This document shows positions 39,774 to 50,053 of a stretch of DNA of 64,000 bases, one piece after another. The stretch comes from an uncultured delta proteobacterium (GTDB lineage: Bacteria; Desulfobacterota; Desulfobacteria; Desulfobacterales; JAHEIW01), in NCBI GenBank assembly GCA_963706575.1, contig CAVPNL010000003.1, positions 384,001 to 448,000 of the forward strand, in the 5' to 3' direction. A model generated the notes under the pieces. That model ran no database searches. It saw only the letters and a list, made by a program, of their open reading frames with translations, and had not been told where the DNA came from. The stretch's first letter is position 1. Each line of letters begins with the position of its first letter. Position numbers and translations under genes: made by a program.

Positions 39774-39911
39774 GAGCGCCCCGCCTGTGGCGGGACTTTA
39801 GGAGCGGCTCTAAAGAGCCTCGAGGAGCGGCCTTTTAGGCCTTGAGGTCAGAAAACGCCTTGCATAGAGCGCAGCGCTCCTCAAACGAAGTACTCCTAAA
39901 GCGAAGCGCTC
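39774..39911. repeat. imperfect inverted-repeat element between ilvC and cimA
   Basis: gagcgc..ctttaggag..gaggagcg pairs with cgctcctc..ctcctaaag..gcgctc; contains a small CCCGCC-TGT-GGCGGG hairpin. Confidence 0.65.
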
Positions 39912-39932
39912 CACAATTGTTTGGAGAACCTA

Positions 39933-41552
39933 ATGGACCCAATCTTGCTGTATGATACGACCCTAAGAGATGGAACCCAGGGAGAAAATGTCACGTTCTC
40001 GGCAGACGAAAAATTAAATATAGCGATGCGCCTCGATGATATCGGCATCCACTATATCGAAGGCGGCTGGCCCGGGTCCAACCCGAGAGATGTTGCCTTT
40101 TTTAAACTGGCCAAACGCGTAACATTTAAATCCGCTCGTCTGGCGGCATTTGGCTCAACCCGCAAGCCCGGCACCCGCCCGGATCGAGATGACAATCTCA
40201 ATGCCCTGCTGGAAACCGAAACGCCGGCAGTCACTCTTTTTGGTAAAAGCTGGGACCTGCATGTAGAGAAAATCATGAACAACACCCTGCCAGAAAATTT
40301 GTCCATGATAAACGACAGTGTAGCCTTTTTAAAACAACATGGCCGCGAGGTCATCTACGACGCTGAACACTTTTTTGACGGCTATAAAGACAACAGGGAC
40401 TATGCCATGCAATCACTTGCAGCAGCGCTGGATGGTGGCGCGGATTTTATTGTTTTATGCGATACCAATGGGGGCACCCTGCCATTTGAACTGGCATCGA
40501 TCATTGCTGAAGTTCAACAACAGATGAATAACATCAGCACAAGCCCATCTCAAAACGGTTCTGTCAAACTCGGAATTCACAGCCACAACGATTGCGGGAT
40601 GGCAGTGGCGAATTCGATAACCGCCGTTCAAAACGGCGTGGTAATGGTGCATGGGACCATAAATGGATATGGTGAGAGATGCGGCAATGCCGATCTAACC
40701 TCAATCATTCCGATCCTGAGCATCAAGATGGACCGCACGTGCGTCACGCCAGAAAATCTCAAAAAAATAAAAACCCTTTCAAGATATGTCAGCGAAACCG
40801 CCAACCTGGTTCCGTTAAATTCGCGGCCCTTTGTCGGTAAAAGTGCCTTCGCCCATAAGGGCGGCATCCACGTCAGCGCCATCATGAAAACGCCAAGGGC
40901 CTACGAACACATGGAGCCTGCAATGGTCGGCAACAGTCGTCGGGTTCTGGTATCCGATCTTTCCGGCAAAAGCAACGTGGAATACAAAGCCAAAGAACTC
41001 GGGGTTGAAATCGGCAAAAACGGTTTTGACAGCCGCCAGATCGCTTCGGAGATCAAACAAATGGAACAGGAAGGCTATCAGTTTGATACTGCCGACGGCA
41101 CCTTTAAAATCCTGCTGGAAAAGTTTACCGATCAATTCAAACCTCATTTTGCGCTCGAATCCTTCCGGGTCACCATCGAAAAGGACAAAGATCAGCCCTG
41201 CAGCGCCCATGCCACCATTAAAATCAGCGTCGGCGACAAAAAAGAGATTACAGCCGGCGAAGGATACGGACCCGTCAGTGCCCTGGACAATGCCCTGCGA
41301 AAAGCGCTGGATAAATTTTATCCGGATCTGGATACGATGCGCCTGGTCGATTTTAAGGTGCGGGTAATTGATGGAACCCGCGGTACGGCCGCCAAGGTCA
41401 GGGTTTTAATTGAATCGCGGGATCAAAACGAGATCTGGAGTACTATGGGAGTTTCAGAGGATATTATCGAGGCCAGCTGGCAGGCCCTGGCCGACAGTTT
41501 TCAGTTTAAACTCGACAACGAGGAACGCATCCGACTCCAGAATTCAGTCTGA
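39933..41552 (+). CDS. cimA: citramalate synthase
   Basis: YDTTLRDGTQGE, GGWPGSNP, GKSWDLHV, DAEHFFDG, AHKGGIHVSA. Confidence 0.92.
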   Translation: MDPILLYDTTLRDGTQGENVTFSADEKLNIAMRLDDIGIHYIEGGWPGSNPRDVAFFKLAKRVTFKSARLAAFGSTRKPGTRPDRDDNLNALLETETPAVTLFGKSWDLHVEKIMNNTLPENLSMINDSVAFLKQHGREVIYDAEHFFDGYKDNRDYAMQSLAAALDGGADFIVLCDTNGGTLPFELASIIAEVQQQMNNISTSPSQNGSVKLGIHSHNDCGMAVANSITAVQNGVVMVHGTINGYGERCGNADLTSIIPILSIKMDRTCVTPENLKKIKTLSRYVSETANLVPLNSRPFVGKSAFAHKGGIHVSAIMKTPRAYEHMEPAMVGNSRRVLVSDLSGKSNVEYKAKELGVEIGKNGFDSRQIASEIKQMEQEGYQFDTADGTFKILLEKFTDQFKPHFALESFRVTIEKDKDQPCSAHATIKISVGDKKEITAGEGYGPVSALDNALRKALDKFYPDLDTMRLVDFKVRVIDGTRGTAAKVRVLIESRDQNEIWSTMGVSEDIIEASWQALADSFQFKLDNEERIRLQNSV

Positions 41553-41572
41553 ACAACCAAAGGAGAAGAAAA

Positions 41573-43111
41573 ATGAAAGATCACGTACTCATATTTGATA
41601 CCACCTTAAGAGATGGTGAACAGAGTCCGGGCGCCAGCATGAATACGGCCGAAAAGCTGCGAATTGCCACTCAATTGGAGAAACTGGGAGTGAATATTTT
41701 GGAAGCCGGCTTTCCAGCCGCATCCCAAGGCGATATGGAAGCCGTTTCACGCATCGCCGGCAAATTGGAAAGAACGGAGGTGGCGGCCCTGGCGCGGACA
41801 TCCAAAGACGATATCGACCGTGCCTGGGAAGCCATCCGTCACGCCGCAAAACCCAGAATCCACACCTTTATTGCGACCTCTGACATCCACCTGGAATACA
41901 AATTAAAAATGACCAGGGACGAAGTGGTCACGACCGCAGTCGAGGCCGTAAAATATGCCACCACCTTAACCGATAATGTCGAGTTCTCGGCCGAGGATGG
42001 TTCCCGCAGCGATCGCGATTTTTTATGCAAGGTATTTGAAGCCGTCATCGAAGCCGGGGCCACGACGGTTAACCTGCCCGATACTGTCGGCTACGCCATT
42101 CCGCAGGAATTTTCTGATCTGGTTGGCTATGTGAAAGCCCATACGCCCAATATTGACAAAGCGGTGTTAAGCGTACATTGTCACAATGATTTGGGCCTGG
42201 CTACGGCAAACACGCTTTCGGCGATTACCGCGGGCGCCCGGCAGGCGGAGGTGACCATCAACGGAATCGGGGAACGGGCCGGCAACACTTCTCTGGAAGA
42301 AGTCGTCATGTCACTGGTGACCCGCTACAACGCTTTAGGGCTGACAACCTCCATTGATACCCGGCACATTTATCCCATCAGCCGACTGGTCAGCATGATC
42401 ACCGGCATTATCATACAACCCAATAAGGCCATTGTCGGCGCCAATGCATTTGCCCATGAGGCAGGGATTCATCAGGACGGAGTGCTGAAAAATCCCATGA
42501 CCTATGAAATCATGAAGCCGGAAACGATCGGCCTCAGTACCAACAAGCTTGTTCTGGGCAAACATTCCGGCAGACATGCGCTGCGCTCACGGCTAAAGAC
42601 CTTAGGCTACGATTTGTCCGATGAGGAAATCAACCTGGTTTTTACCCGATTCAAAGAACTGGCGGATAAGAAAAAGCACGTCGTCGATGAAGACCTGGAA
42701 GTCATCGTGACCGAGGGCATCTTGCGTACTGCGGATATTTTTAAACTTGAATATCTTCATGTAACGGCAGGGACAACCGTGTTGCCGATGGCCAGTGTCA
42801 AGCTTGATATCAACGGAAGGGCGGTGCAGGGCGCGGGCTATGGAAACGGACCGATTGATGCGGCGTTTAATGCCATCGGGAAGCTCACCGGAACCGAATC
42901 GGAACTGCTACGGTTCTCGGTCAGCGCCTTGACCGGCGGCACAGATGCCCAGGGGGAAGTCACCGTTCGCCTGAGCGAAAACGGACTTCTGGCCTTGGGT
43001 CGCGGTGCGGATCCGGACATCATCACCGCCAGTGCTAAAGCTTATGTAAACGGATTGAACCGGTTGGAATACCTCAAGACCCAACCGGTCAAGGAGACAA
43101 GTGTCCTCTGA
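41573..43111 (+). CDS. leuA: 2-isopropylmalate synthase
   Basis: FDTTLRDGEQSPG, HCHNDLG, GERAGN, HEAGIHQDG, GKHSGR. Confidence 0.96.
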   Translation: MKDHVLIFDTTLRDGEQSPGASMNTAEKLRIATQLEKLGVNILEAGFPAASQGDMEAVSRIAGKLERTEVAALARTSKDDIDRAWEAIRHAAKPRIHTFIATSDIHLEYKLKMTRDEVVTTAVEAVKYATTLTDNVEFSAEDGSRSDRDFLCKVFEAVIEAGATTVNLPDTVGYAIPQEFSDLVGYVKAHTPNIDKAVLSVHCHNDLGLATANTLSAITAGARQAEVTINGIGERAGNTSLEEVVMSLVTRYNALGLTTSIDTRHIYPISRLVSMITGIIIQPNKAIVGANAFAHEAGIHQDGVLKNPMTYEIMKPETIGLSTNKLVLGKHSGRHALRSRLKTLGYDLSDEEINLVFTRFKELADKKKHVVDEDLEVIVTEGILRTADIFKLEYLHVTAGTTVLPMASVKLDINGRAVQGAGYGNGPIDAAFNAIGKLTGTESELLRFSVSALTGGTDAQGEVTVRLSENGLLALGRGADPDIITASAKAYVNGLNRLEYLKTQPVKETSVL

Positions 43112-43134
43112 GTTTGGAGGATTAAAGTAAAGAA

Positions 43135-43212
43135 GATTGCGGAATGCGGATTCATAAGTATTTATCCCGCAGGATACCCAAATCCGCAATCCGCAATCAA
43201 AAATCCGCAATC
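43135..43212. repeat. inverted heptamer arms overlapping the pyrD 3' end
   Basis: gattgcggaatgcggatt ... aatccgcaatccgcaatcaaaaatccgcaatc; the last pyrD codons (IADF*) are repeat-derived. Confidence 0.75.
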
Positions 43213-44138
43213 GTTGTGTTTGTCTCCAGCGTCCCGATAATATCGGCGACCCTGTCAATGCTTTTGCGTGTCAGAAACATTTCGATACCGTCAATTATAT
43301 CGGTGGTGGCATGCGGTTTTACAAAATTGGCGGTGCCAATCTGGACTGCGGCCGCCCCGGCGATCAAAAACTCCAGCGCATCATCTGCGGTCATGATGCC
43401 TCCGATCCCGATAACCGGGATTTGGGTCGCCTGCGCCACCTGCCAGACCATTCGCAGGGCAACGGGCTTGATCGCCGGGCCCGAAAGCCCCCCGGTGATG
43501 TTGGCAATCTTAGGACGCCGGGTTTCAAGGTCTACGGCCATACCGGTAATGGTGTTGATCAGGGAAAGCGAATCGGCGCCCGCCGCCTCTGCCGCTCGAG
43601 CGATAACAGTAATATCCGTCACATTCGGCGATAATTTTACGATCAGGTGTTTGGTGGTTTTCGCGCGCACCGCCTCAACCACTCGCAAGACGGAATCCGG
43701 ATCGGAGCCAAATGCTATCCCCCCGGCTTTTACATTCGGGCACGATATATTAACTTCTACACCCGCGATGCCTTCCAGCGCGTCCAGGCGGGCGGCCAGC
43801 TCGGCATAATCCTCAATGGCGGTACCATAGATATTTGCAAAAATCGGCGGCGCAAGCGTTTGCAAAAACGGCAGCTTTTGACTTACAAAAGCGTCAATGC
43901 CCACATTTTCCAGACCGATGGCATTGAGCATACCGCAGGGCGTTTCAACGATTCGCGGCGGCGGGTTTCCTTTGGTCGGCTGTAACGAAAGCCCTTTTAC
44001 AATAATGGCCCCCAGTCGATTCAGATCGACGAGCTCTGCGAACTCCCGCGCATAACCGAAGGTGCCGGATGCGGTCATCACCGGGTTTTGAAGTTCGATA
44101 GCGCCAAGATTTACTTTTAAGTCGGGGGCTTTGCTCAT
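43197..44138 (-). CDS. pyrD: dihydroorotate dehydrogenase family 1B catalytic subunit
   Basis: ASGTFG, NAIGLEN, NISCPNV, KLSPN, GGLSG.AIKP. Confidence 0.95.
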   Translation of the reverse strand: MSKAPDLKVNLGAIELQNPVMTASGTFGYAREFAELVDLNRLGAIIVKGLSLQPTKGNPPPRIVETPCGMLNAIGLENVGIDAFVSQKLPFLQTLAPPIFANIYGTAIEDYAELAARLDALEGIAGVEVNISCPNVKAGGIAFGSDPDSVLRVVEAVRAKTTKHLIVKLSPNVTDITVIARAAEAAGADSLSLINTITGMAVDLETRRPKIANITGGLSGPAIKPVALRMVWQVAQATQIPVIGIGGIMTADDALEFLIAGAAAVQIGTANFVKPHATTDIIDGIEMFLTRKSIDRVADIIGTLETNTTIADF

Positions 44139-44312
44139 TTTAGATGCTCACCAGCGATAGTCGTTAAGTATCGAAAATCAACAAATGCAAAAATGATTGT
44201 CAATTTTTATTGAATGTTTGTATAAAATATCTGCCCAGATGAGTCAACAGCCAGGTCGTTTGCATAGAAATCCCTAAACATTGCAGGAAATGAAATTAGC
44301 ATAATATTTTAA

Positions 44313-46175
44313 ATGGATAATAAATCTAAAGCTGCATTGCGTAAAATCGCATTGATCTCCACCCCCTGGCCTCTTTACAGCCGTCCTTCCATCCAGTTGG
44401 GATCATTAAAGGCGTTTTTGCATGCTCGGATCCCGGATCTGAAAATTGACGCCTTTCATTTTTACCTGTCCGTTGCGGAAGCCATCGGTTATCGACTTTA
44501 CCATGATATTTCAGAGCGCACCTGGCTGGCAGAAAGTGTGTATACTGCCCTATTGTATCCAAAGCGCATTAAACAGGCCGAAGCCCTTTTTCGCAAAGAA
44601 GCGCCCGCAGGAGCAAAATTACGAAAGATCAATTTCAGGACCTTGACCCGCCGGATCAAAACGGCAACAGACGCGTTTATTGACAGTCAAAACTGGCAGA
44701 CCTATGGGTTGCTCGGTTTTACGATCTCGCTCTGCCAGCTGACATCGGCGCTTTATGTCATCAAACGCATCAAAAAGAAATTTCCCGACCTGATGATCGT
44801 GGTCGGGGGTGCCTTAACCCCGGGAATTGCCGCCCCTGGTATCCTGAAAAGCTTCCCGCAAGTAGATGTTGTCGTAAATGGCGAAGGCGAAATACCTTTA
44901 TATCACATTATTGACCATCTCAGGCGAACACCACCTGATTCGGATTTATCAAAAATTCAGGGCGTTTTCACCCGGCTCAGTGATACGGCACGACCCGATC
45001 GGGCTTCCTTCTCGCAGCTGAACGCATTGGATGAACTAACGACTCCGGATTACGATGATTATTTTGAACTTCTCAAAACATTTGATGCCGGCAAGTCCTT
45101 TTTCCCTACCCTGCCCGTTGAAATATCAAGGGGATGCTGGTGGAAACGCGCCGACGGATCCGCCAAGGTAACCGGATGCGCTTTCTGCAACCTGAATCTT
45201 CAATGGGATGGATACCGCAGCAAGCCGGCGTCTCAAGTGGCTACTGAAATCGATTATTTGACGGACCGGTACCAGACACTTTCGGTTGCGATAATGGATA
45301 ATGTCCTGCCGAAAAAAGAAGCCATCGACATATTCAGGCAAATTGCGGGGCTCGGTAAAGACCTGCGCCTTTTCGGTGAAGTCAGGGCGACCACGCCTTG
45401 GCGGAAACTAAAGGCCATGGGGGATTGCGGAATGCGGGAAGTGCAGATTGGGATTGAAGCCCTTAGCAGCAGTCTCCTGAAAAAGCTGCACAAGGGCACC
45501 AGTGCCATCCAGAATCTTGAAATCATGAAAAATTGTGAGGCGCTCGACATCCGAAACATATCAAACCTTATCCTGCAGTTTCCGGGAAGCAGTGAACAGG
45601 ATGTGGCCGAGACATTGAAGACTCTCGAATTTGCCCTGCCGTTTTACCCGCTTAAAGCAGTCAGTTTCTGGCTGGGATTGGAAAGTCCCGTGTGGCAGCA
45701 TCCTAAAAAATTCGGGGCCCAGGCAGTGTTTAATCATCCCAACTACGCCTTTCTCTTCCCTGAAGGAATTCGTCGAACGTTGCCGTTGATGATCCAGGCC
45801 TATCGTGGAGACCTGACATATCAGAAAAAAATCTGGAAGCCGGTGAAAAAAAGGATCTCCGATTGGCAAAAACAGTATGTGGAAATTCAAAAGGGATCGG
45901 GCGATTCACCGATCTTAAGCTTTCGCGACGGAAGAAATTTCATGATCATTCGCCAGAAGCGATTTCGGGCCGAGCCTGCCGTTCATCGCCTGGTGGGCGC
46001 TTCCAGAGAAATCTACTTATTTTGCCAGAAGCACCGCTCGATCAAGGCCATCTTCTCTGCATTTCCCGATATATCGCAGGATACCATTGAAAATTTTTTA
46101 AGTATGATGGCAGATAAGAAGTTGATGTTTGCAGAAAAAAATAAGTATTTGAGCCTGGCGTCGGCGGTGAAGTAA
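44313..46175 (+). CDS. B12-binding radical SAM enzyme, RiPP-maturation C-methyltransferase-like
   Basis: PW..RPSIQLG.LK N-terminus, GEGE, SRGCWW......CAFC (widened CxxxCxxC), QIGIE.LS. Confidence 0.82.
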   Translation: MDNKSKAALRKIALISTPWPLYSRPSIQLGSLKAFLHARIPDLKIDAFHFYLSVAEAIGYRLYHDISERTWLAESVYTALLYPKRIKQAEALFRKEAPAGAKLRKINFRTLTRRIKTATDAFIDSQNWQTYGLLGFTISLCQLTSALYVIKRIKKKFPDLMIVVGGALTPGIAAPGILKSFPQVDVVVNGEGEIPLYHIIDHLRRTPPDSDLSKIQGVFTRLSDTARPDRASFSQLNALDELTTPDYDDYFELLKTFDAGKSFFPTLPVEISRGCWWKRADGSAKVTGCAFCNLNLQWDGYRSKPASQVATEIDYLTDRYQTLSVAIMDNVLPKKEAIDIFRQIAGLGKDLRLFGEVRATTPWRKLKAMGDCGMREVQIGIEALSSSLLKKLHKGTSAIQNLEIMKNCEALDIRNISNLILQFPGSSEQDVAETLKTLEFALPFYPLKAVSFWLGLESPVWQHPKKFGAQAVFNHPNYAFLFPEGIRRTLPLMIQAYRGDLTYQKKIWKPVKKRISDWQKQYVEIQKGSGDSPILSFRDGRNFMIIRQKRFRAEPAVHRLVGASREIYLFCQKHRSIKAIFSAFPDISQDTIENFLSMMADKKLMFAEKNKYLSLASAVK

Positions 46176-46181
46176 AAAAGA

Positions 46182-46382
46182 TAGCGCCCATCTCAAAAAT
46201 GAGCATCTGCCCCTTGACAGATAAATAGCTTATATGCAACTAATGCGTGTTAGAAACCCATATTGAAATTAAGGACTTAATGCTTATCTTACTTTGTAAC
46301 CAAATGCTGCTAGCCTAAACAACACTGCGCCTCAGAACGAGCAACGATCTCAGAGATGAAGTTTTTTGAAGGGGAGCGCCTA
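46182..46382. repeat. divergent ~200-bp relative of the MITE upstream of ino1
   Basis: TAGCGCCCATCTCAAAAA ... TTTTTTGAAGGGGAGCGCCTA imperfect terminal repeats with a different interior. Confidence 0.45.
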
Positions 46383-46561
46383 TCACGTCTCAAAGAACTT
46401 TATTGAACACGCTCATCAACCATATAGTTTTCACATTCAATGTATTCGTGTTTGAGTCTATTTAAGAGAGAAAAAACTGGTTCCGTGGACCATGAGTTAC
46501 CTTGGCGAGCTGACATCCGGACCGATCAAAAATATCGGTATTAAAAGGAGGAGGAGTCGAC

Positions 46562-47725
46562 ATGGGGAATATAAAAATTGCGATAGTCGGTTTAGGGAAC
46601 TGCGCCAGTTCACTGGTACAGGGAATTTACTATTATCGTGATCGAGGCCCTATAAATGCCATCGGCCTGATGCACTGGGAGATCGGAGGCTACACGCCCG
46701 GCGATATTGAAGTGGTGGCTGCCTTTGATATCGACAAGCGCAAAGTCGGCAAAGATGTTAATGAAGCCATATTTTCTCTCCCCAACTGCACGACGGTGTT
46801 CTGTGATCACCTACCCGCCGCAGGGGTTACCGTGCGGATGGGCCGTATTGCGGACGGCGTCGCCGATCATATGAAGGAATATGAAGACCGCTACACCTTT
46901 TTGCCGGCAGATCTGCCGGAGCCTTCTTTTGAAGACGTTGTCAGGGTACTGAAAGAATCCAGGGCTGACATTCTTTTGAATTATGTGCCCGTTGGCTCGG
47001 AGAAGGCGGCTCGCTTTTATGCAGAATGCGCGCTGGAGGCCCGTGTGGCGTTGGTCAACAACATTCCGGTGTTTATTGCCAGCGATCCGGAGTGGGCCAG
47101 GCGTTTTGCTGAAAAAAATGTTCCGTTGATCGGCGACGACATTAAATCACAGCTGGGCGCCACCATCACCCACCGCGTCTTGACCGATCTGTTTAAAAAA
47201 CGCGGTGTCAAGATGGAGCGTACCTATCAGTTAAATACCGGTGGAAACACGGATTTTCTCAATATGCTCAACCGCCATCGCTTAAAATCCAAAAAGAAAT
47301 CCAAAACCGAAGCCGTTCAATCGGTTGCCGCCCGGCGATTGAAAAATGAAAACATCCACATCGGCCCCAGTGATTACGTGCCCTGGCAAAAAGACAACAA
47401 AATTTGCTTCATACGCATGGAAGGCAAGCTTTTCGGTGATGTCCCCATGGACCTGGAACTCAGGCTTTCGGTGGAAGATTCACCCAACTCCGCCGGAGTG
47501 GCCATCGATTCGCTGCGCTGCGCAAAGCTGGCGCTCGAGCGGGGTGAAGGCGGCGTCCTGGAAGCGCCATCCGCATATTTCTGCAAGCATCCCCCGCGAC
47601 AGTTCACCGACGATGAAGCCTATCAAATGCTGGAAAATTTTATTAAAAAATTTCCGGGCAACGTTCGTGAAATGTCTGATTATCGCCGCAAAAAAGGGCA
47701 AGAAGTCACCGCAAAAGAAAAATAA
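46562..47725 (+). CDS. ino1: myo-inositol-1(3)-phosphate synthase
   Basis: [41 protein letters not shown]. Confidence 0.95.
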   Translation: MGNIKIAIVGLGNCASSLVQGIYYYRDRGPINAIGLMHWEIGGYTPGDIEVVAAFDIDKRKVGKDVNEAIFSLPNCTTVFCDHLPAAGVTVRMGRIADGVADHMKEYEDRYTFLPADLPEPSFEDVVRVLKESRADILLNYVPVGSEKAARFYAECALEARVALVNNIPVFIASDPEWARRFAEKNVPLIGDDIKSQLGATITHRVLTDLFKKRGVKMERTYQLNTGGNTDFLNMLNRHRLKSKKKSKTEAVQSVAARRLKNENIHIGPSDYVPWQKDNKICFIRMEGKLFGDVPMDLELRLSVEDSPNSAGVAIDSLRCAKLALERGEGGVLEAPSAYFCKHPPRQFTDDEAYQMLENFIKKFPGNVREMSDYRRKKGQEVTAKEK

Positions 47726-47731
47726 AAGCTG

Positions 47732-48754
47732 TTAGCTGAAAAAATTCAAATTCGGTCTGGAAACAGTTTCGAGCGGCCGCTCAAAAAATCGCTGAAGATT
47801 TTTTTTCGCTTCGGCCATATTTTCAGCCCTTTGGATGCTGCTGAAAAGGGTATGGCCGAATTTGAAATTGGCGGAAAAATAGAATCCAAATTTTTTAAAG
47901 CGCCGCAATGCCTTAGGCTGATCAAAATGTTTCTCCAGAAGCCCGGCCAGCCGCAAGGCACTTTCTAGATAAATCTCGGAACAGCACTGATACCCGTCCG
48001 TCCATTCTGCAAACAACCAGGGTCTGGCGATCGCCATCCGCCCGATGGCCACTCCGTCACATCCGGTGGTCGTAATCATCTTCAGGCAATCCGTTTGATC
48101 AAAAACATCGCCATTACCGAACACCGGAATGGCCACCGCCTGCTTGACCCTGCCGATATATTCCCATTTGGGCGGCCGCGAGCGGCGGTCGGGTGCCGCC
48201 CTGGGATGGAACGTCAATGCATCCGCGCCGGCGTCTTCGAAACGCCGGGCCATGTCCATGGCCATTCGGGGATTATCTTTCCCGCCGATGCGGTATTTGA
48301 CGAATAATGGGATGGATACCGCTTTACGGACTTCAGACACGATTTTGGCGGCCAGGTCCGGCGTATTTAAAATTGCCGCACCGCCATTTTGCCGGCATAT
48401 GGATGCTTTGCAACAGCCGAAATTGATGTCGACGCCAAAAAACTGTTCGGCTTCAATGCGTCGCGCGGCAGCCGCCATGTTCATTGGATCGCCACCAAAA
48501 ATCTGGCAGACCAGATGGGAAAGCTCGGCATCACGCCATCTGAAATAGGTCGACCGCTGCCGATTCTCGTTTGGAATTCTTTTGGCACTGCACATTTCGG
48601 TAAACAGCAGGCCGTATCCGCCGTAGTTTTGAACCAGTTGCCGAAAGGCCACATTGCCCAAAAATGCCATCGGGGCAAGAACCAGTCGCTTTTCAATGGA
48701 GGTGTTACCGATATTCAGCGGGCGGTTTAGGATGTCGGCAAGCTTTAAATTCAT
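47732..48754 (-). CDS. tRNA-dihydrouridine synthase family (DusB-like)
   Basis: LAPM, TEM, DINFGC, K.R.G, H.R, GNGD, IGR..I..PW.F. Confidence 0.88.
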   Translation of the reverse strand: MNLKLADILNRPLNIGNTSIEKRLVLAPMAFLGNVAFRQLVQNYGGYGLLFTEMCSAKRIPNENRQRSTYFRWRDAELSHLVCQIFGGDPMNMAAAARRIEAEQFFGVDINFGCCKASICRQNGGAAILNTPDLAAKIVSEVRKAVSIPLFVKYRIGGKDNPRMAMDMARRFEDAGADALTFHPRAAPDRRSRPPKWEYIGRVKQAVAIPVFGNGDVFDQTDCLKMITTTGCDGVAIGRMAIARPWLFAEWTDGYQCCSEIYLESALRLAGLLEKHFDQPKALRRFKKFGFYFSANFKFGHTLFSSIQRAENMAEAKKNLQRFFERPLETVSRPNLNFFS

Positions 48755-49040
48755 ATTCGCTCACTTCGTTCATCCTGCTTATGGCAGGAGAATGTGTGAA
48801 TAAGGGGATAATACGACAGGGTCCTTTATTTTTAAGGGCTCCGGTTGAATTTATCAGATTTACTGACCATTTGAAACCGCTTTTCGGCTGTGCAGGCGGC
48901 ATTTCGCTGTCCTTTGCAGCTAAAAACGCTTATTTCATTTGAAAAAGCAGGATTCATCGAATATAGTTTTTCCAAAACCCGTTGATTCAACCGCATGCCA
49001 GATAGGTGGCACGTAATCTTTTAGGTCTCTTTGATATAAT

Positions 49041-49131
49041 TACCACAGAGCCCGCAGAGCACACAGAGAAAACAATCCAAAACTCGATTCTTATAAATTC
49101 TTTTTCTGTGGTCTCTATGCGCTCTGTGGTA
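49041..49131. repeat. inverted 9-mer arms (CACAGAG type)
   Basis: taccacagagcccgcagagcacacagagaaa ... tttctgtggtctctatgcgctctgtggta. Confidence 0.75.
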
Positions 49132-49154
49132 AAAAAAAACTTCCAGGGTACGGC

Positions 49155-50042
49155 ATGATCGAAAAAGGGATCGCTGTAATCGGTTCAACGACCATCGATA
49201 AAATTATCCATCGGGATTTCAGCCGGTTTAAAATCGGCGGCGTAACAACATACTCGGGAATAACCTACAGCCGACATGGCATCAAGACTTGGGTGCTGAC
49301 CAACATAGCCAACCGCGATCGCGAAATTATCAAGCGATTAAAGCAAGAATCCATCGTCGTCTGTAACGGTCAGACCGAAAGCACCACCTGTTTTAGGAAT
49401 CTGCTTAATGATGGTGACGATAAACGCCGGCAATATATTCTGCAGCAGGCCGCCCCCATAAACCGGAGCCAGTTAAACGAAAATCTCAAGGCTGTCGGTT
49501 TTGTTCACCTGGGCCCCTTACACCCGTCAGATATAGACGTGAGGGCCATCGAATTGATAGACCGTCTTAAGCCTCTGGTTATCCTGGATGTCCAGGGTTT
49601 TCTGCGATCTTTAAAAAACAAAATCGTCTATCCGGCGGTTTCAGAGCATTTGCCTGCAGCGATGCGGGTTTCCCATATCGTAAAGGCGAACCGGCAGGAG
49701 TATGAGTCCCTCATTGACTTTTTCCGGACGGATTTAACGGAATTAATGCGCCAATTTAAAATCAACGAATTCGTTGTTACAACCGGACATAAAGGCGGTT
49801 TCGTGCAAACGATTACCGGAGAAGAAATCACTTATCCGGCAGCCGGTAAAAAATCGAATGGAGACCCGACCGGTGCGGGTGACATCTTTTTGGCCGCATA
49901 TGTTATCGACCGGTTCTATAACCGCCGATCGATTAGGGAAGCCTGTCAATATGCGGCAAAATTAGCTGCCCGGCAAATCGAAGGAAACTATATCAAGCCT
50001 GACGATCTTTCACTTGAGGATTGGAAAGAACATCGCTTCTGA
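49155..50042 (+). CDS. PfkB/ribokinase-family carbohydrate kinase (candidate myo-inositol kinase)
   Basis: GSTTID, GG, LDVQG..R, KAN..E, VTTG..G, DPTGAGD.F. Confidence 0.85.
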   Translation: MIEKGIAVIGSTTIDKIIHRDFSRFKIGGVTTYSGITYSRHGIKTWVLTNIANRDREIIKRLKQESIVVCNGQTESTTCFRNLLNDGDDKRRQYILQQAAPINRSQLNENLKAVGFVHLGPLHPSDIDVRAIELIDRLKPLVILDVQGFLRSLKNKIVYPAVSEHLPAAMRVSHIVKANRQEYESLIDFFRTDLTELMRQFKINEFVVTTGHKGGFVQTITGEEITYPAAGKKSNGDPTGAGDIFLAAYVIDRFYNRRSIREACQYAAKLAARQIEGNYIKPDDLSLEDWKEHRF

Positions 50043-50053
50043 AGGGGTACCCA

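Noticed and set aside
43144..43809. 221-aa plus-strand ORF
   Set aside because: It is antisense to pyrD, and its start (IPKSAIRNQKSAI) is just translated heptamer repeat.
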